From the NCBI GenBank assembly GCA_963515655.1, contig CAUPZW010000008.1, forward strand, positions 5,019 through 69,018: a stretch of 64,000 nt of DNA. The letters run 5' to 3'. This DNA comes from Streptococcus mitis (GTDB taxonomy: Bacteria; Bacillota; Bacilli; Lactobacillales; Streptococcaceae). Position numbers and translations under genes: made by a program. Of this stretch, positions 11,754-23,799 are shown in pieces (the stretch's first letter is position 1; each line of letters opens with the position of its first letter). The notes under the pieces were generated by a model that was given only the letters and a program-made list of their open reading frames with translations, did no database searches and had not been told where the DNA came from.

Positions 11754-12863
11754 ATGGCAACAAAACAAAAAGAAGTAACAACATTTGACGTACAAGTAGC
11801 AGAATTTATCCGTAATCATAAGCAAAAAGGGACAGCAACAGATGATGAAATCAATGCTAGTCTAGTCATTCCTTTTACCTTGGACGCTGATGGGATTGAA
11901 GATCTCTTGCAACGGATTCAGGATGCAGGGATTTCTATCACAGATAACGAAGGAAATCCAAGTGCGCGTGTTCTTAGTGCTGAAGAAGAACCAGAACTCA
12001 GCGATGAGGACTTGATTGGGTCAACTTCGGCTAAGGTCAACGACCCTGTTCGTATGTACTTGAAAGAAATCGGGGTCGTTCCTCTCTTGACCAATGAAGA
12101 GGAAAAAGAGTTGGCACTGGCTGTTGAAGCGGGCGATATCGAAGCTAAACAACGCCTTGCGGAAGCCAACCTTCGTTTGGTTGTTTCCATTGCTAAACGC
12201 TATGTTGGTCGTGGTATGCAGTTTCTTGACTTGATTCAAGAAGGAAATATGGGCTTGATGAAGGCGGTTGACAAGTTTGACTATTCTAAAGGGTTCAAGT
12301 TCTCAACTTATGCAACTTGGTGGATTCGTCAGGCTATCACTCGTGCTATTGCGGATCAAGCTCGTACCATCCGTATCCCAGTTCACATGGTTGAAACTAT
12401 CAATAAATTGGTTCGTGAACAGCGTAATCTTCTTCAAGAATTGGGACAAGATCCGACACCAGAACAAATCGCTGAACGAATGGATATGACCCCTGATAAG
12501 GTTCGTGAAATCTTGAAGATTGCCCAAGAACCAGTATCCCTTGAAACTCCTATCGGTGAAGAGGATGATAGCCACCTTGGGGACTTTATTGAAGATGAAG
12601 TGATTGAAAATCCAGTGGACTATACGACTCGTATCGTCTTGCGTGAGCAGTTGGATGAAGTCTTAGATACTCTTACAGACCGTGAAGAAAATGTTCTGCG
12701 TCTACGTTTTGGACTAGATGATGGAAAAATGCGTACCCTTGAAGATGTAGGTAAAGTCTTTAACGTAACTCGCGAGCGTATCCGTCAGATTGAAGCCAAG
12801 GCTTTGAGAAAACTACGTCAACCAAGTCGCAGCAAACCGCTTCGTGATTTTATTGAAGACTAG
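11754..12863 (+). CDS. rpoD: RNA polymerase primary sigma factor
   Basis: Regions 2-4 are conserved ([32 protein letters not shown]). It follows dnaG directly. Confidence 0.97.
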   Translation: MATKQKEVTTFDVQVAEFIRNHKQKGTATDDEINASLVIPFTLDADGIEDLLQRIQDAGISITDNEGNPSARVLSAEEEPELSDEDLIGSTSAKVNDPVRMYLKEIGVVPLLTNEEEKELALAVEAGDIEAKQRLAEANLRLVVSIAKRYVGRGMQFLDLIQEGNMGLMKAVDKFDYSKGFKFSTYATWWIRQAITRAIADQARTIRIPVHMVETINKLVREQRNLLQELGQDPTPEQIAERMDMTPDKVREILKIAQEPVSLETPIGEEDDSHLGDFIEDEVIENPVDYTTRIVLREQLDEVLDTLTDREENVLRLRFGLDDGKMRTLEDVGKVFNVTRERIRQIEAKALRKLRQPSRSKPLRDFIED

Positions 12864-12877
12864 GAGTGAGGGGAAAT

Positions 12878-13207
12878 ATGGCTTATACAGAAGAACAAAT
12901 TGAAAACATCAAAACACGAATTTTATCAGCCTTGGAAGAAGTTATCGACCCTGAGTTGGGAATCGATATTGTCAATCTTGGTTTGATTTATGAGATTCGT
13001 TTTGACGGCGAAACAGGGCAAACTGAGATTGATATGACTTTGACAACTATGGGTTGTCCCCTAGCTGATCTTTTGACAGACCAGATTTATGATGCTATGA
13101 CAGAGGTGCCAGAAGTGACTGATACTGAGGTCAAATTAGTCTGGTATCCAGCCTGGACAGTTGAAAAAATGAGTCGCTACGCACGCATTGCCTTAGGCAT
13201 TAAGTAA
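12878..13207 (+). CDS. DUF59/MIP18-family (SufT-like) Fe-S assembly protein
   Basis: It has the PELGIDIVNLGLIY...TTMGCPL motif typical of DUF59. The ATG at 12878 follows an AGGAG RBS. Confidence 0.8.
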   Translation: MAYTEEQIENIKTRILSALEEVIDPELGIDIVNLGLIYEIRFDGETGQTEIDMTLTTMGCPLADLLTDQIYDAMTEVPEVTDTEVKLVWYPAWTVEKMSRYARIALGIK

Positions 13208-13322
13208 ACAAATAAAAGGATGTGAGAGACCATTGGAAAAGCGAGGAAATTTCCCCCTCTTTTCCTCTAGTCTCTCCTTTCTTTTGCTGATTTTATTCAA
13301 AGAAAATGATATAATAGTAGTT

Positions 13323-14366
13323 ATGGAACAAAAGAAATTACGCATCAATATGTTAAGTTCAAGTGAGAAAGTAGCAGGGCAAGGAGTTTCAGGTGCCTAC
13401 CGTGAATTGGTTCGTCTTCTTCACCGTGATGCCAAGGACCAATTGATTGTTACAGAGAATCTTCCAATCGAGGCAGATGTGACTCACTTTCATACAATTG
13501 ATTTTCCCTATTATTTATCAACATTCCAAAAGAAACGCTCAGGGAGGAAAATTGGTTATGTACATTTCTTGCCTGATACACTTGAGGGGAGTTTGAAAAT
13601 TCCATTTTTCTTAAAGGGAATTGTTAAACGCTATGTATTTTCTTTTTACAACCGAATGGAGCACTTGGTTGTTGTTAATCCTATGTTTATTGAGGATTTG
13701 GTGGCAGCTGGTATTCCACGTGAAAAAGTGACCTATATTCCTAACTTTGTCAATAAGGAAAAATGGCATCCCCTTCCACAAGAAGAGGTAGCTAGACTGC
13801 GAACAGAACTTGGCGTTAGTGACAATCGGTTTATCGTAGTAGGTGCTGGTCAAGTCCAGAAACGAAAAGGGATTGATGATTTTATCCGTCTGGCTGAGGA
13901 ATTGCCTCAGATTACCTTTATCTGGGCGGGTGGTTTCTCTTTTGGTGGTATGACAGATGGTTATGAACGCTACAAGAAAATGATGGATAATCCACCTGAA
14001 AATTTGATGTTTCCAGGTATTGTGTCCCCAGAGCGAATGCGTGAATTGTATGCCCTAGCGGACCTTTTCTTGTTGCCAAGTTACAATGAACTTTTCCCTA
14101 TGACGATTTTAGAGGCTGCTAGTTGTGAGGCTCCTATTATGTTGCGTGATTTAGATCTCTATAAGGTGATTTTGGATGAAAATTATCGGGCGACAGCAGA
14201 TAGAGAAGAGATGAAAGAGGCTATTTTAGAATATCAAGCAAATCCTGCTGCCTTGAAAGACCTCAAAGAAAAAGCTAAGAATATTTCCAGAGAGTATTCA
14301 GAAGAGCATCTGTTACAAATCTGGTTGGACTTTTATGAGAAACAAGCTGCTTTAGGGAGAAAGTAA
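13323..14366 (+). CDS. cpoA: GT4 glycosyltransferase (CpoA-like glycolipid synthase)
   Basis: It has the group-1 glycosyltransferase C-terminal EX7E region (LLPSYNELFPMTILEAASC). Its position after rpoD/DUF59 matches pneumococci. The track's 13233 start would run across a terminator hairpin. Confidence 0.75.
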   Translation: MEQKKLRINMLSSSEKVAGQGVSGAYRELVRLLHRDAKDQLIVTENLPIEADVTHFHTIDFPYYLSTFQKKRSGRKIGYVHFLPDTLEGSLKIPFFLKGIVKRYVFSFYNRMEHLVVVNPMFIEDLVAAGIPREKVTYIPNFVNKEKWHPLPQEEVARLRTELGVSDNRFIVVGAGQVQKRKGIDDFIRLAEELPQITFIWAGGFSFGGMTDGYERYKKMMDNPPENLMFPGIVSPERMRELYALADLFLLPSYNELFPMTILEAASCEAPIMLRDLDLYKVILDENYRATADREEMKEAILEYQANPAALKDLKEKAKNISREYSEEHLLQIWLDFYEKQAALGRK

Positions 14367-14381
14367 AAAGTGAGGTAATCT

Positions 14382-15707
14382 ATGCGAATTGGTTTATTTA
14401 CAGATACCTATTTTCCTCAGGTTTCTGGTGTTGCGACCAGTATTCGAACCTTGAAAACAGAACTTGAAAAGCAAGGACATGCTGTTTTTATCTTTACAAC
14501 GACGGATAAGGATGTCAATCGCTACGAAGATTGGCAAATTATCCGCATTCCAAGTGTTCCTTTTTTTGCTTTTAAGGATCGTCGCTTTGCCTACCGAGGT
14601 TTTAGCAAGGCGCTTGAAATTGCCAAACAGTATCAGCTAGATATTATCCATACTCAGACAGAATTTTCTCTTGGTTTGTTGGGGATTTGGATTGCGCGTG
14701 AACTGAAAATCCCAGTCATCCATACCTATCACACCCAATACGAAGACTATGTGCATTATATTGCCAAGGGGATGTTGATTCGTCCTAGCATGGTCAAGTA
14801 TCTGGTCAGAGGTTTCCTGCATGACGTGGATGGGGTGATTTGTCCGAGTGAGATTGTCCGTGACTTGCTATCTGACTATAAGGTCAAGGTTGAAAAAAGG
14901 GTTATTCCAACTGGGATTGAATTAGCCAAGTTTGAGCGTCCAGAAATCAAGCAAGAAAATCTAAAAGAACTGCGTAGTAAATTAGAGATTCAAGATGATG
15001 AACAGATGTTGCTGAGTCTTTCCAGAATTTCTTATGAAAAAAATATTCAAGCAGTATTAGCAGCCTTTGCAGAAGTTCTGAAAGAGGAAGACAAGGTTAA
15101 ACTGGTAGTTGCTGGGGATGGGCCTTATCTGAATGACCTCAAAGAGCAAGCCCACAAATTAGAGATTCAAGACTCAGTTATCTTTACAGGAATGATTGCT
15201 CCTAGTGAGACGGCTCTTTACTATAAGGCGGCGGATTTCTTTATCTCAGCATCGACAAGTGAGACGCAAGGTTTGACATACTTGGAAAGCTTGGCCAGTG
15301 GAACTCCAGTTATTGCTCATGGAAATCCTTATCTGGACAATCTGATCAATGATAAGATGTTTGGAACCTTGTACTACGGTGAACATGATTTGGCTGGAGC
15401 CATTTTAGAAGCCCTGATTGCAACGCCAGATATGAATGAGCATACCTTATCAGAAAAACTGTACGAGATTTCAGCAGAGAACTTTGGAAAACGGGTGCAT
15501 GAGTTTTATCTGGATGCCATTATTTCAAATAACTTCCAGAAAGATTTAGCAAAAGATGACACGGTCAGTCAGCGTATTTTTAAAATAGTTTTGTATCTTC
15601 CGCAACAGGTGGTTGCTGTACCCGTAAAAGGCTCTAGACGCATGCTGAAGGCTTCAAAAACACAGTTGATCAGCATAAGAGATTATTGGAAAGACCATGA
15701 AGAATAG
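14382..15707 (+). CDS. GT4 glycosyltransferase (diacylglycerol glucosyltransferase-like)
   Basis: It has the MRIGLFTDTYFPQVSGVATS N-terminus and a SETQGLTYLESLASGTP motif. It is paired with the CpoA-like gene. Confidence 0.8.
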   Translation: MRIGLFTDTYFPQVSGVATSIRTLKTELEKQGHAVFIFTTTDKDVNRYEDWQIIRIPSVPFFAFKDRRFAYRGFSKALEIAKQYQLDIIHTQTEFSLGLLGIWIARELKIPVIHTYHTQYEDYVHYIAKGMLIRPSMVKYLVRGFLHDVDGVICPSEIVRDLLSDYKVKVEKRVIPTGIELAKFERPEIKQENLKELRSKLEIQDDEQMLLSLSRISYEKNIQAVLAAFAEVLKEEDKVKLVVAGDGPYLNDLKEQAHKLEIQDSVIFTGMIAPSETALYYKAADFFISASTSETQGLTYLESLASGTPVIAHGNPYLDNLINDKMFGTLYYGEHDLAGAILEALIATPDMNEHTLSEKLYEISAENFGKRVHEFYLDAIISNNFQKDLAKDDTVSQRIFKIVLYLPQQVVAVPVKGSRRMLKASKTQLISIRDYWKDHEE

Positions 15708-15721
15708 AAAGAGGAACAGCT

Positions 15722-15913
15722 ATGAAAAAACAATTAATGAGAAGTGGGCGTGACAAAAAGATTGCTGGTGTTTGTGCCGGAGTGGCCCATTATCTAGATA
15801 TGGATCCAACTATCGTTCGAGTCATTTGGGGTGTCCTTGCTTGCTGTTACGGAGCGGGAATTGTAGCTTATATCATTTTATGGATTATCGCACCAGTAGC
15901 AACTGACTATTGA
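15722..15913 (+). CDS. PspC-domain small membrane protein
   Basis: It has RSGRDKKIAGVCAGVAHYLDMDPTIVRVIW, a typical PspC domain followed by one TM segment. Confidence 0.75.
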   Translation: MKKQLMRSGRDKKIAGVCAGVAHYLDMDPTIVRVIWGVLACCYGAGIVAYIILWIIAPVATDY

Positions 15914-15971
15914 AAACTAGCTGAATTCATGCTAAGATAATAGAAAATAGAATGTAACGAAGGAGAAAAAA

Positions 15972-16106
15972 ATGGCATTTGGAGATAATGGAAAACGTAA
16001 AAAAACGATGTTCGAGAAATTAACCTTGCTTATTGTGCTTATCATGCTAGTAGCAAGTTTATTGGGAATTTTTGCAACTGCAATTGGTGCCCTCAGTAAT
16101 CTATAA
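15972..16106 (+). CDS. 44-aa small membrane protein (below the ORF-track cutoff)
   Basis: An AAGGAG RBS lies 7 nt upstream. The product is MAFGDNGKRKKTMFEKLTLLIVLIMLVASLLGIFATAIGALSNL, a basic N-terminus plus one TM segment. Confidence 0.5.
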   Translation: MAFGDNGKRKKTMFEKLTLLIVLIMLVASLLGIFATAIGALSNL

Positions 16107-16169
16107 AATAGATTCAAGAAAATTTAGTGACTGGGATTTCCCAGCCCTTTTTTAAAGTGAGAAGAAAAA

Positions 16170-17480
16170 ATGAGTATGTTTTTAGATACAGCCAAGATTA
16201 AGGTCAAGGCTGGTAATGGTGGCGATGGCATGGTTGCCTTTCGCCGTGAAAAATATGTCCCTAATGGCGGTCCTTGGGGTGGTGACGGTGGTCGTGGAGG
16301 TAATGTGGTCTTCGTTGTAGACGAAGGTTTGCGTACCTTGATGGATTTCCGCTACAATCGCCATTTCAAGGCTGATTCTGGGGAAAAAGGAATGACCAAG
16401 GGGATGCATGGTCGTGGTGCAGAGGACCTTAGAGTTCGAGTACCACAAGGTACAACTGTTCGTGATGCAGAGACTGGCAAGGTTTTGACAGATTTGATTG
16501 AACATGGTCAAGAATTTATCGTTGCTCACGGTGGTCGTGGTGGACGTGGAAATATTCGTTTCGCGACACCAAAAAATCCTGCACCAGAAATCTCTGAAAA
16601 TGGAGAACCAGGTCAGGAACGTGAGTTACAATTGGAACTAAAAATCTTGGCAGATGTTGGTTTAGTGGGTTTCCCATCAGTAGGGAAATCAACCCTTTTA
16701 AGTGTTATTACCTCAGCTAAACCTAAAATTGGTGCCTACCACTTTACCACTATTGTGCCAAATTTAGGTATGGTTCGTACCCAATCAGGTGAATCCTTTG
16801 CAGTAGCCGATCTGCCAGGTTTGATTGAAGGGGCTAGTCAAGGTGTTGGTTTGGGAACCCAGTTCCTCCGTCACATTGAGCGTACCCGTGTCATCCTTCA
16901 TATTATTGATATGTCAGCTAGTGAAGGACGTGATCCATATGAGGATTATCTTGCAATCAATAAAGAATTAGAGTCATATAATCTTCGTCTCATGGAGCGT
17001 CCACAGATTATTGTAGCTAATAAGATGGACATGCCTGAAAGTCAGGAAAATCTTGAAGAATTCAAGAAAAAATTGGCTGAAAACTACGATGAATTTGAAG
17101 AGTTACCAGCTATTTTCCCAATATCTGGTTTGACCAAGCAAGGTTTGGCTACACTTTTGGATGCGACAGCTGAATTGTTAGATAAGACACCAGAATTCTT
17201 GCTCTACGACGAGTCAGATATGGAAGAAGAAGCTTACTATGGATTTGACGAGGAAGAAAAAGCCTTTGAAATTAGCCGTGATGACGATGCTACATGGGTG
17301 CTTTCTGGTGAAAAACTCATGAAACTCTTTAATATGACCAACTTTGATCGTGATGAGTCTGTCATGAAATTTGCCCGCCAGCTTCGTGGAATGGGGGTTG
17401 ATGAAGCTCTTCGTGCGCGTGGTGCTAAGGATGGGGACTTGGTCCGCATTGGTAAATTTGAGTTTGAATTTGTAGACTAG
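16170..17480 (+). CDS. obg: GTPase Obg/CgtA
   Basis: It has a Gly-rich Obg fold, the G1 motif [22 protein letters not shown] and a C-terminal OCT domain. Confidence 0.97.
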   Translation: MSMFLDTAKIKVKAGNGGDGMVAFRREKYVPNGGPWGGDGGRGGNVVFVVDEGLRTLMDFRYNRHFKADSGEKGMTKGMHGRGAEDLRVRVPQGTTVRDAETGKVLTDLIEHGQEFIVAHGGRGGRGNIRFATPKNPAPEISENGEPGQERELQLELKILADVGLVGFPSVGKSTLLSVITSAKPKIGAYHFTTIVPNLGMVRTQSGESFAVADLPGLIEGASQGVGLGTQFLRHIERTRVILHIIDMSASEGRDPYEDYLAINKELESYNLRLMERPQIIVANKMDMPESQENLEEFKKKLAENYDEFEELPAIFPISGLTKQGLATLLDATAELLDKTPEFLLYDESDMEEEAYYGFDEEEKAFEISRDDDATWVLSGEKLMKLFNMTNFDRDESVMKFARQLRGMGVDEALRARGAKDGDLVRIGKFEFEFVD

Positions 17481-17489
17481 GAGACTGGT

Positions 17490-17648
17490 ATGGGAGATAA
17501 ACCGATATCTTTCCGAGATGCGGATGGTAATTTTGTTTCCGCCGCAGACGTTTGGAATGAAAAGAAATTGGAAGAACTATTTAATCGTCTCAATCCAAAT
17601 CGTGCCTTGAGATTGGCACGAACTAAAAAAGAAAATCCATCACAGTAA
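17490..17648 (+). CDS. 52-aa hypothetical protein (below the ORF-track cutoff)
   Basis: A GGAG RBS directly follows the obg stop. The product is MGDKPISFRDADGNFVSAADVWNEKKLEELFNRLNPNRALRLARTKKENPSQ, and a terminator follows. Confidence 0.45.
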   Translation: MGDKPISFRDADGNFVSAADVWNEKKLEELFNRLNPNRALRLARTKKENPSQ

Positions 17649-17695
17649 AGAAGATAAAACTCCAATTATCAGTTAAGTTAACTGTAACAAATAGA

Positions 17696-17734
17696 AGATA
17701 AGATCGAGAAAGGGCAAAGTTTGTCCTTTCTTTT
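17696..17734 (+). terminator. Intrinsic terminator, copy A of a repeated 39-bp module
   Basis: The sequence is AGATAAGATCGAGAAAGGGCAAAGTTTGTCCTTTCTTTT: a GAAAGGGCA/TGTCCTTTC hairpin plus a T-run. A near-identical copy lies at 51567. Confidence 0.7.
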
Positions 17735-17946
17735 ACTTGTAAATTATAATATGTTGAAATGGAATATGAACAAATCGATTAGAGAATTCAAATCAAATTT
17801 CTAACAAGGATTTAGAAGTCGTATTGTCCTATTCCAGTTTCAAAATACTATACTTTTTCTATTGAAAAAGAATTTTTTTACAAAAATAGTTGGCTATTTA
17901 GTTTATTTATGCTATAATGGGAACAATTATTTTTAGGAGGTGCAGT

Positions 17947-18588
17947 ATGTCTTATTTGTTTGAGATATTACCGAGTTTATTGAGCGGTGCAAGCATGACT
18001 TTGCAGGTTTTTGCACTGGTCTTGATTTTTTCTATTCCCTTGGGCGTTTTGATTGCCTTTGCCTTGCAAGTCCATTGGAAGCTCCTCCATCATCTGATTA
18101 ACATTTATATTTGGATCATGCGAGGGACACCCTTGCTTTTGCAATTGATCTTTATCTATTATGTGTTACCAAGCATTGGGATTCGTTTGGATCGTCTTCC
18201 TGCTGCTATCATTGCCTTTGTTTTGAATTATGCAGCTTATTTTGCTGAAATCTTCCGTGGAGGGATTGATACCATTCCTAAAGGTCAATATGAGGCTGCC
18301 AAGGTCTTGAAGTTTAATTCTTTTGATACAGTGCGTTATATTATTTTGCCTCAGGTGACCAAGATTGTTCTCCCTAGTGTATTTAATGAGGTTATGAGTT
18401 TGGTCAAGGATACCTCTCTGGTCTATGCTCTAGGAATTTCAGACCTTATCTTGGCTAGTCGCACAGCTGCCAACCGTGATGCTAGTCTGGTTCCTATGTT
18501 CTTGGCAGGAGCCATTTACTTGATTTTGATTGGGATTGTGACCATTCTTGCCAAAAAAGTTGAGAAGAAGTACAGTTACTATAGATAG
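17947..18588 (+). CDS. Polar amino-acid ABC transporter permease
   Basis: An AGGAGG RBS precedes it. It has a HisM/GlnP-type permease with the EAA loop (YEAAKVLKF). Confidence 0.9.
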   Translation: MSYLFEILPSLLSGASMTLQVFALVLIFSIPLGVLIAFALQVHWKLLHHLINIYIWIMRGTPLLLQLIFIYYVLPSIGIRLDRLPAAIIAFVLNYAAYFAEIFRGGIDTIPKGQYEAAKVLKFNSFDTVRYIILPQVTKIVLPSVFNEVMSLVKDTSLVYALGISDLILASRTAANRDASLVPMFLAGAIYLILIGIVTILAKKVEKKYSYYR

Positions 18589-18597
18589 GAGGCTGCC

Positions 18598-19227
18598 ATG
18601 TTAGAATTACGAAATATCAATAAAGTCTTTGGTGAAAAGCAAATTTTATCTAATTTCAGTCTAAAAATTCCTGAAAAGCAAATCCTAGCTATCGTTGGAC
18701 CTTCTGGTGGAGGTAAGACAACCCTCTTACGTATGCTTGCAGGTCTTGAAACCATTGATTCAGGGCAAATCTTTTATAATGAAGAACCTTTAGAATTGGA
18801 TGAACTGGAGAAGCGCAATCTACTAGGATTTGTATTCCAAGATTTTCAACTTTTCCCTCATTTATCCGTTCTAGACAATTTGACCTTATCTCCTGTGAAA
18901 ACCATGGGAATGAAGCAGGAAGAGGCAGAGAAGAAGGCACGTGGACTCTTGGAACAATTAGGACTGGAAGGGTACGCAGATGCTTATCCCTTCTCACTAT
19001 CAGGTGGACAAAAGCAGCGGGTGGCCTTGGCGCGTGCTATGATGATTGACCCAGAAATCATTGGCTACGATGAACCAACTTCTGCCCTGGATCCAGAATT
19101 ACGCTTGGAAGTGGAAAAACTGATCTTGCAAAATAGGGAACTTGGCATGACACAGATTGTGGTTACCCACGATTTACAATTTGCTGAAAATATCGCAGAT
19201 CAGATTCTCAAGGTTGAACCCAAGTAG
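18598..19227 (+). CDS. Polar amino-acid ABC transporter ATP-binding protein
   Basis: It has Walker A GPSGGGKTT, LSGGQKQRVALARA and Walker B IIGYDEPTSALD. Confidence 0.9.
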   Translation: MLELRNINKVFGEKQILSNFSLKIPEKQILAIVGPSGGGKTTLLRMLAGLETIDSGQIFYNEEPLELDELEKRNLLGFVFQDFQLFPHLSVLDNLTLSPVKTMGMKQEEAEKKARGLLEQLGLEGYADAYPFSLSGGQKQRVALARAMMIDPEIIGYDEPTSALDPELRLEVEKLILQNRELGMTQIVVTHDLQFAENIADQILKVEPK

Positions 19228-19236
19228 GAGGTGCTA

Positions 19237-20076
19237 ATGACTAATAAGAAAATTGCTTTAGTATTGGTTTCGCTCCTAAGCCTCTTTTTAACTGCATGTA
19301 CTCAGAAGGCTAGTGATCCAAAGCAGGATAACTGGGATAAGTATCAAGAACAAGGGACCATTACTATTGGTTTTGACAATACTTTTGTACCCATGGGCTT
19401 TGAAGAAAAGAATGGTCAATATACAGGCTTTGATATTGACTTAGCTCAAGCAGTCTCTGAAAAATTAGGTATCAAGGTGCAATTTCAGCCAATTGATTGG
19501 GATATGAAGGAAACGGAACTGCAAAACGGAACTATAGATGCCATCTGGAATGGCTATTCTGCGACTGATGAACGCCGAGAGAAAGTTGCCTTTAGCATTC
19601 CATATATGGAAAATCAGCAGGTTCTGGTTGCTAAGAAAAGCCAGCAAATTCGTTCAGTAGAGGAGATGAAGGATAAGACCTTGGGAGCCCAAGCAGGTTC
19701 CTCTGGTTATTTAGACTTTGAAGCTCAGCCAGACTTACTGAAAAATCGTGTTCAAGACCAGAAGGCCAATCAATACCAGAGTTTCAATGAAGCCTTGATT
19801 GATTTGAAGAATGATAGAATTGATGCCTTGTTGATTGACCGAGTGTATGCTAATTATTACCTCCAGTCTGAAGGGATATTAAATGACTATAATGTCTTTT
19901 CAGCAGGATTTGAAAGTGAATCTTTTGCAGTCGGAGTCAGGCCTGCTGACAAAAGATTACTCCAAGATTTAAACCAAGCCTTTATCGCACTATACCAAGA
20001 AGGAAAGTTCCAAGAAATCAGTCAGAAATGGTTTGGAGAAGATGTAGCAACCAAAGAAGTGAAAAGTAGAGATTGA
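19237..20076 (+). CDS. Polar amino-acid ABC substrate-binding lipoprotein
   Basis: It has an LTAC lipobox and a family-3 solute-binding fold (TIGFDNTFVPMGF, DAIWNGYSAT). Confidence 0.9.
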   Translation: MTNKKIALVLVSLLSLFLTACTQKASDPKQDNWDKYQEQGTITIGFDNTFVPMGFEEKNGQYTGFDIDLAQAVSEKLGIKVQFQPIDWDMKETELQNGTIDAIWNGYSATDERREKVAFSIPYMENQQVLVAKKSQQIRSVEEMKDKTLGAQAGSSGYLDFEAQPDLLKNRVQDQKANQYQSFNEALIDLKNDRIDALLIDRVYANYYLQSEGILNDYNVFSAGFESESFAVGVRPADKRLLQDLNQAFIALYQEGKFQEISQKWFGEDVATKEVKSRD

Positions 20077-20136
20077 GTTTTTACTCAGTCTCTTTTGACA
20101 TCAAAAAACCTCTGGCAAGTACCAGAGGATAAGAGA

Positions 20137-21636
<1,500 letters not shown>

Positions 21637-21763
21637 CTAGTTTTACTCAAAATTGAATACGATGAGTCATTTTTTGCGATACTCCCATTTTATCATAAAT
21701 ATCCAAGAAATTCACGGATAATCTTTAAAAACTAAAAAGAACTTGACACTAAAATCAAGTTCT

Positions 21764-22381
21764 TTATTGATAAGAGGTATCATTCCACGTATCAAGAGTG
21801 AATTTTTCAAAATCATGGGTTTCTAAAATTGTTAGGCTGGCATTTGCTAGACCGCCATCTTTACGAAGAAGTGGCTCTTTATAACCTAGAAGAGTACGAA
21901 GACTGGCAGTAAGATTGGCGCCGTGACCGACAATTAGAATACGCTCAGCTGGACTATCTTTGAGTGATTTGATAAATTGGATGGTTCGTTGCGTGGTGCT
22001 ATAAAGGGATTCAGCTCCGAACATTTGAGTGTCAAATTTAGCAAGATTAGAACGGAAAGCTCTGATTTGTTGCGGGTAAATAGCTTCCAAGGTTGCAATT
22101 TTCAAACCTTCCAACTTCCCCAGCTGCCATTCACGAAGATTAGAAACACTTTCTAAAGGACAGGGGCTCTGGAGTTGACTTTGGATAATCTCAGCAGATT
22201 TGACCGCTCGAGGTAAATCACTTGAATAAACCTGATCAAAAGGAATCTCCTTGAGATACTGGCCAAGTTGTTTTAGGGTGTCAATGGATTCAGGAAGAAG
22301 GGGAGAGTCTCCACTAGCACCTTGAAAGCGTCCTTCTTGGTTCCAGAGGGTACGACCGTGGCGGACAAAGTAGAGTTTCAT
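21764..22381 (-). CDS. Histidine phosphatase (phosphoglycerate mutase family)
   Basis: It has the N-terminal YFVRHGRTLWN RHG motif and a VGHGANL second catalytic His. Confidence 0.85.
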   Translation of the reverse strand: MKLYFVRHGRTLWNQEGRFQGASGDSPLLPESIDTLKQLGQYLKEIPFDQVYSSDLPRAVKSAEIIQSQLQSPCPLESVSNLREWQLGKLEGLKIATLEAIYPQQIRAFRSNLAKFDTQMFGAESLYSTTQRTIQFIKSLKDSPAERILIVGHGANLTASLRTLLGYKEPLLRKDGGLANASLTILETHDFEKFTLDTWNDTSYQ

Positions 22382-22863
22382 TACTTACTGTCCTCCAAGA
22401 TATCTGCAAAGTCAGCCTTTACAAAGCTAGCCAGGTCTTGTGGCGCGACGATAATGCTGTGACCAACTTCGCCTGCAGAGACAATCATTTGATCCAAGTC
22501 TAGAGCAATCTTATCGATAAAAATGGGGTAATTGTGTTTCTGACGAATGCCAACTGGATTATTGGCTCCATGAATGTAACCAGTTATTTTTTCCAAGTCC
22601 TTTTGGGGAATCATGCTCACTTTTTTATTGCCAGAAATTTTAGCTAGTTTCTTTTCAGACAAGTGTTGGGTGATAGGGACAATTCCGATAATCGGTCCTG
22701 TCTTGTCTCCCAAAAGAGCCAAGGTTTTAAAAATCTGATTTTGTTCATAGCCTTGAGGAAGCTCTCCTTCCAGGGCATTGATTTGAATCCCCTGATGTGG
22801 GATACCTGCTTTGGACAGGATTTGTTCCACCAATGTTTTTTTGACTTTAACTTTTTTTGCCAT
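22381..22863 (-). CDS. YbaK/EbsC-family aminoacyl-tRNA deacylase
   Basis: It has a YbaK-domain sequence of 160 aa and is translationally coupled to its neighbours. Confidence 0.8.
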   Translation of the reverse strand: MAKKVKVKKTLVEQILSKAGIPHQGIQINALEGELPQGYEQNQIFKTLALLGDKTGPIIGIVPITQHLSEKKLAKISGNKKVSMIPQKDLEKITGYIHGANNPVGIRQKHNYPIFIDKIALDLDQMIVSAGEVGHSIIVAPQDLASFVKADFADILEDSK

Positions 22864-23705
22864 TATTTATACTTATCCTCCAATTGGCTCATCCAAATAC
22901 CAAGCCAGATTCCCAGTGCAAAGAAGAAGGCGATGATGACATAACCGACAAGAGAAATACCGGTGTACTGGATACTTTCAGCATTTCCTGCATTTGGAAT
23001 CAAGATCAAAAGGGTACTTGATAGGACGATACCGATGATGAAATGATAGACACGTGAGTGGTAGTTGTTTAAGGCATAATCCATCAATTTTGAAAAAATG
23101 ATGAGAGTTGCACCAGCACCGATTCCAATCGGGAAGAAGGTTCCCAAGAGGTCAAAGGTTTTAAAACCAGTCAACATAGGAGCGTAGAGTCCCAAAATCA
23201 AAAGTAGGTTTGATGGACTGAGGCCCGGAACTAATACGCCAAGAGCCAGCAGTGCACCTGCTAGGACGAAATTAAGAAAGTTGGCACTTAAGGTTCCAAC
23301 GACAAAATTTAAGGCATAGAGTCCTAATCCAGAAATGATAAAGGTTGTCCAGAACCAAGCCAAATCAATCTTGTCTCGGTCAGATTCTCGAGTTGATTCT
23401 TTGAGGAGGCTAGGAACTGTACCAATGATGGCACCCGCGAAGCTCCATAAGACAAAGACCTGATAATTTTCAAGTAGGTATTCAATCGGGTAGGAAAATA
23501 AGCCGATTCCCAGAAGCATACCGATGGCAACTGGAATAAAGTACAAAACATTTTCTTTAAAGTCTTTAAAGGGGTGGGCCAGAAAGCCAATCATCCGTTC
23601 ATATATTCCTAAGATTGCTGCTAGAACCCCTCCCGAAATTCCCGGTAAGATAAATCCAAGAGCAATCACAATTCCTTTAATAACACGTGCTAACCATGAG
23701 AACAT
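22863..23705 (-). CDS. DUF368-family integral membrane protein
   Basis: It has 7-8 TM segments and the PGISGG motif repeated (LPGISGGVLA, VPGLSPSN), typical of DUF368. Confidence 0.7.
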   Translation of the reverse strand: MFSWLARVIKGIVIALGFILPGISGGVLAAILGIYERMIGFLAHPFKDFKENVLYFIPVAIGMLLGIGLFSYPIEYLLENYQVFVLWSFAGAIIGTVPSLLKESTRESDRDKIDLAWFWTTFIISGLGLYALNFVVGTLSANFLNFVLAGALLALGVLVPGLSPSNLLLILGLYAPMLTGFKTFDLLGTFFPIGIGAGATLIIFSKLMDYALNNYHSRVYHFIIGIVLSSTLLILIPNAGNAESIQYTGISLVGYVIIAFFFALGIWLGIWMSQLEDKYK

Positions 23706-23799
23706 ATACTTCCTCCAACTATTTCTATTTCAAAAAATCCTTACTATATTGTATCACAATCAAACACAAAAAGAAAAAGCAAATGCTACACAAATGCTT

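Noticed and set aside
13233-13322. Upstream-extended starts offered by the ORF track. Examples are 13233 for cpoA-like, 7173, 8211, 9976, 17917, 31690, 44715, 48500, 54833, 56538 and 63256.
   Set aside because: The extensions run through terminators or intergenic repeats, or lack an RBS. Internal ATG or TTG starts with good SD spacing and canonical family N-termini were preferred. The 8211 versus 8280 choice remains uncertain.
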